DNA from: a virus
DNA length: 29,926 nucleotides
Virus record (IMG/VR): IMGVR_UViG_3300045988_112872
Strand: one strand, 5' to 3'
How positions within the stretch are numbered: the stretch's first letter is position 1; every line of letters starts with the position of its first letter. Shown one piece after another: positions 29,484 to 29,926 of the stretch. Both the position numbers and the translations under genes were made by a program. Below the pieces are notes generated by a model. That model worked only from the letters and a program-made list of their open reading frames with translations. It was not told the origin of the DNA and did no database searches.

Positions 29484-29722
29484 TATTTTATATTATTAAT
29501 TTTAAGTGTTAAATCACAATATTCTTCATATAAATTAGATACTTCTTCACTTGCTGGATTAACCCACATTACTGAATCTAATTTATGTTTTAATTCTGCT
29601 CTTTCTAATCTTAATTCAAATGTTTTATGTTGTCTTTCCTGATAGACTTCATTTACTCTAAAACCTGCAACAATTGAAGATGCAATTAAAAGACCAACTA
29701 AAATTTTATTTATTTTTTTCAT
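29483..29722 (-). CDS. small membrane-anchored protein (79 aa), first gene of the leftward arm
   Basis: Intact ORF with an N-terminal hydrophobic helix (ILVGLLIASSIVAGF). TAA stop. Confidence 0.5.
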   Translation of the reverse strand: MKKINKILVGLLIASSIVAGFRVNEVYQERQHKTFELRLERAELKHKLDSVMWVNPASEEVSNLYEEYCDLTLKINNIK

Positions 29723-29766
29723 AATTTTATTATTTAATATGTTAATACTTGTTTATTATTGTACTA

Positions 29767-29798
29767 CAAAGATAATACATTTTTATTCAATTTCCAAA
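29767..29798 (-). promoter_or_regulatory. promoter P3 (leftward), same type as P1/P2
   Basis: The leftward strand reads aaaaaaTTTGgaaattgaataaaaatgtatTATCTTTGtag: TTTG (29798-29795), 20 nt, TAtcTTTG (29774-29767). It lies about 45 nt upstream of the ATG at 29722. Confidence 0.55.
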
Positions 29799-29827
29799 TT
29801 TTTTGACAACTTTTTTCATAATTTTTT

Positions 29828-29926
29828 ATTTTTTTTTTCTTAAAATTATTTGGAAATTTAAAAATAATGTTGTATATTTGTACTATCAAAATAAGAAATA
29901 ATAAAAATGAAAATTTATTAAAAATA
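29828..29926. repeat. terminal redundancy, copy 2 (identical to 1-99)
   Basis: See the feature at 1-99. Confidence 0.9.

Noticed and set aside
1-29926. The host could be a Mollicute (Mycoplasma or Spiroplasma), given the low GC content and table 4.
   Set aside because: The genome encodes an M15 peptidoglycan peptidase plus a holin, which implies a walled host. Start codons lack Shine-Dalgarno sequences. The promoters fit TTTG/TAnnTTTG. BACON-like and BspA-LRR domains point to Bacteroidota-type gut hosts. This is not fully excluded without a host search.
1-29926. CRISPR arrays, rRNA or tRNA genes, integrase or lysogeny genes, and transposases.
   Set aside because: None were seen. The only repeats are the terminal overlap, the promoter copies, the E elements, the short iteron-like repeats and the gene paralogs. 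No recombinase-like ORF remains unassigned.

Overview
The window is one complete, circularly closed, very AT-rich tailed-phage genome. Nt 1-99 are identical to 29828-29926, so the unit length is 29827 bp. A ~390-bp control region spans the junction and carries three near-identical promoters. A short rightward arm leaves it (SF2 helicase plus three tiny ORFs, 287-2490). A long leftward arm also leaves it (29722 down to 2527) and is almost gap-free coding.

The main result is that the genome only makes sense if TGA is read as Trp (translation table 4). By hand translation I traced 38 in-frame TGA codons in 21 genes. Each one joins ORF-track fragments in the same frame, and many fall at family-conserved Trp positions. 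With TGA as sense, every gene ends in TAA or TAG and none in TGA.

The re-joined genes, in leftward order:
- Early/middle module: membrane protein, PD-(D/E)xK-like nuclease, HNH endonuclease, a sigma factor split into two overlapping ORFs, membrane protein, TerS-like protein, TerL.
- Structural module: gp10-like neck protein, a 734-aa BACON-like virion protein, a 1149-aa tail protein, a 771-aa tape-measure-like protein, XkdF-like protease, scaffold, HK97-type major capsid protein, a tail-tube-like protein, and a repeated receptor-binding cluster (three BspA-type LRR proteins, two fibres, two small paralogs).
- Last module: portal, connector-like protein, lysis cassette (membrane protein, holin, M15 peptidase).
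- Four homing endonucleases in total (2 GIY-YIG, 2 HNH).

I found no tRNA, release factor, rRNA, CRISPR array, integrase or polymerase. Host-type signals look Bacteroidota-like: TTTG/TAnnTTTG promoters, no Shine-Dalgarno sequences, BACON and BspA-LRR domains, and a peptidoglycan hydrolase. How TGA gets decoded is therefore unexplained.

A second unexplained signal is a conserved ~50-nt intergenic element. It occurs in four copies at module borders, with a compensatory change in its flanking inverted repeat. Three copies sit next to GC-rich terminator hairpins.

All functional calls come from motif recognition by eye. No searches were run.
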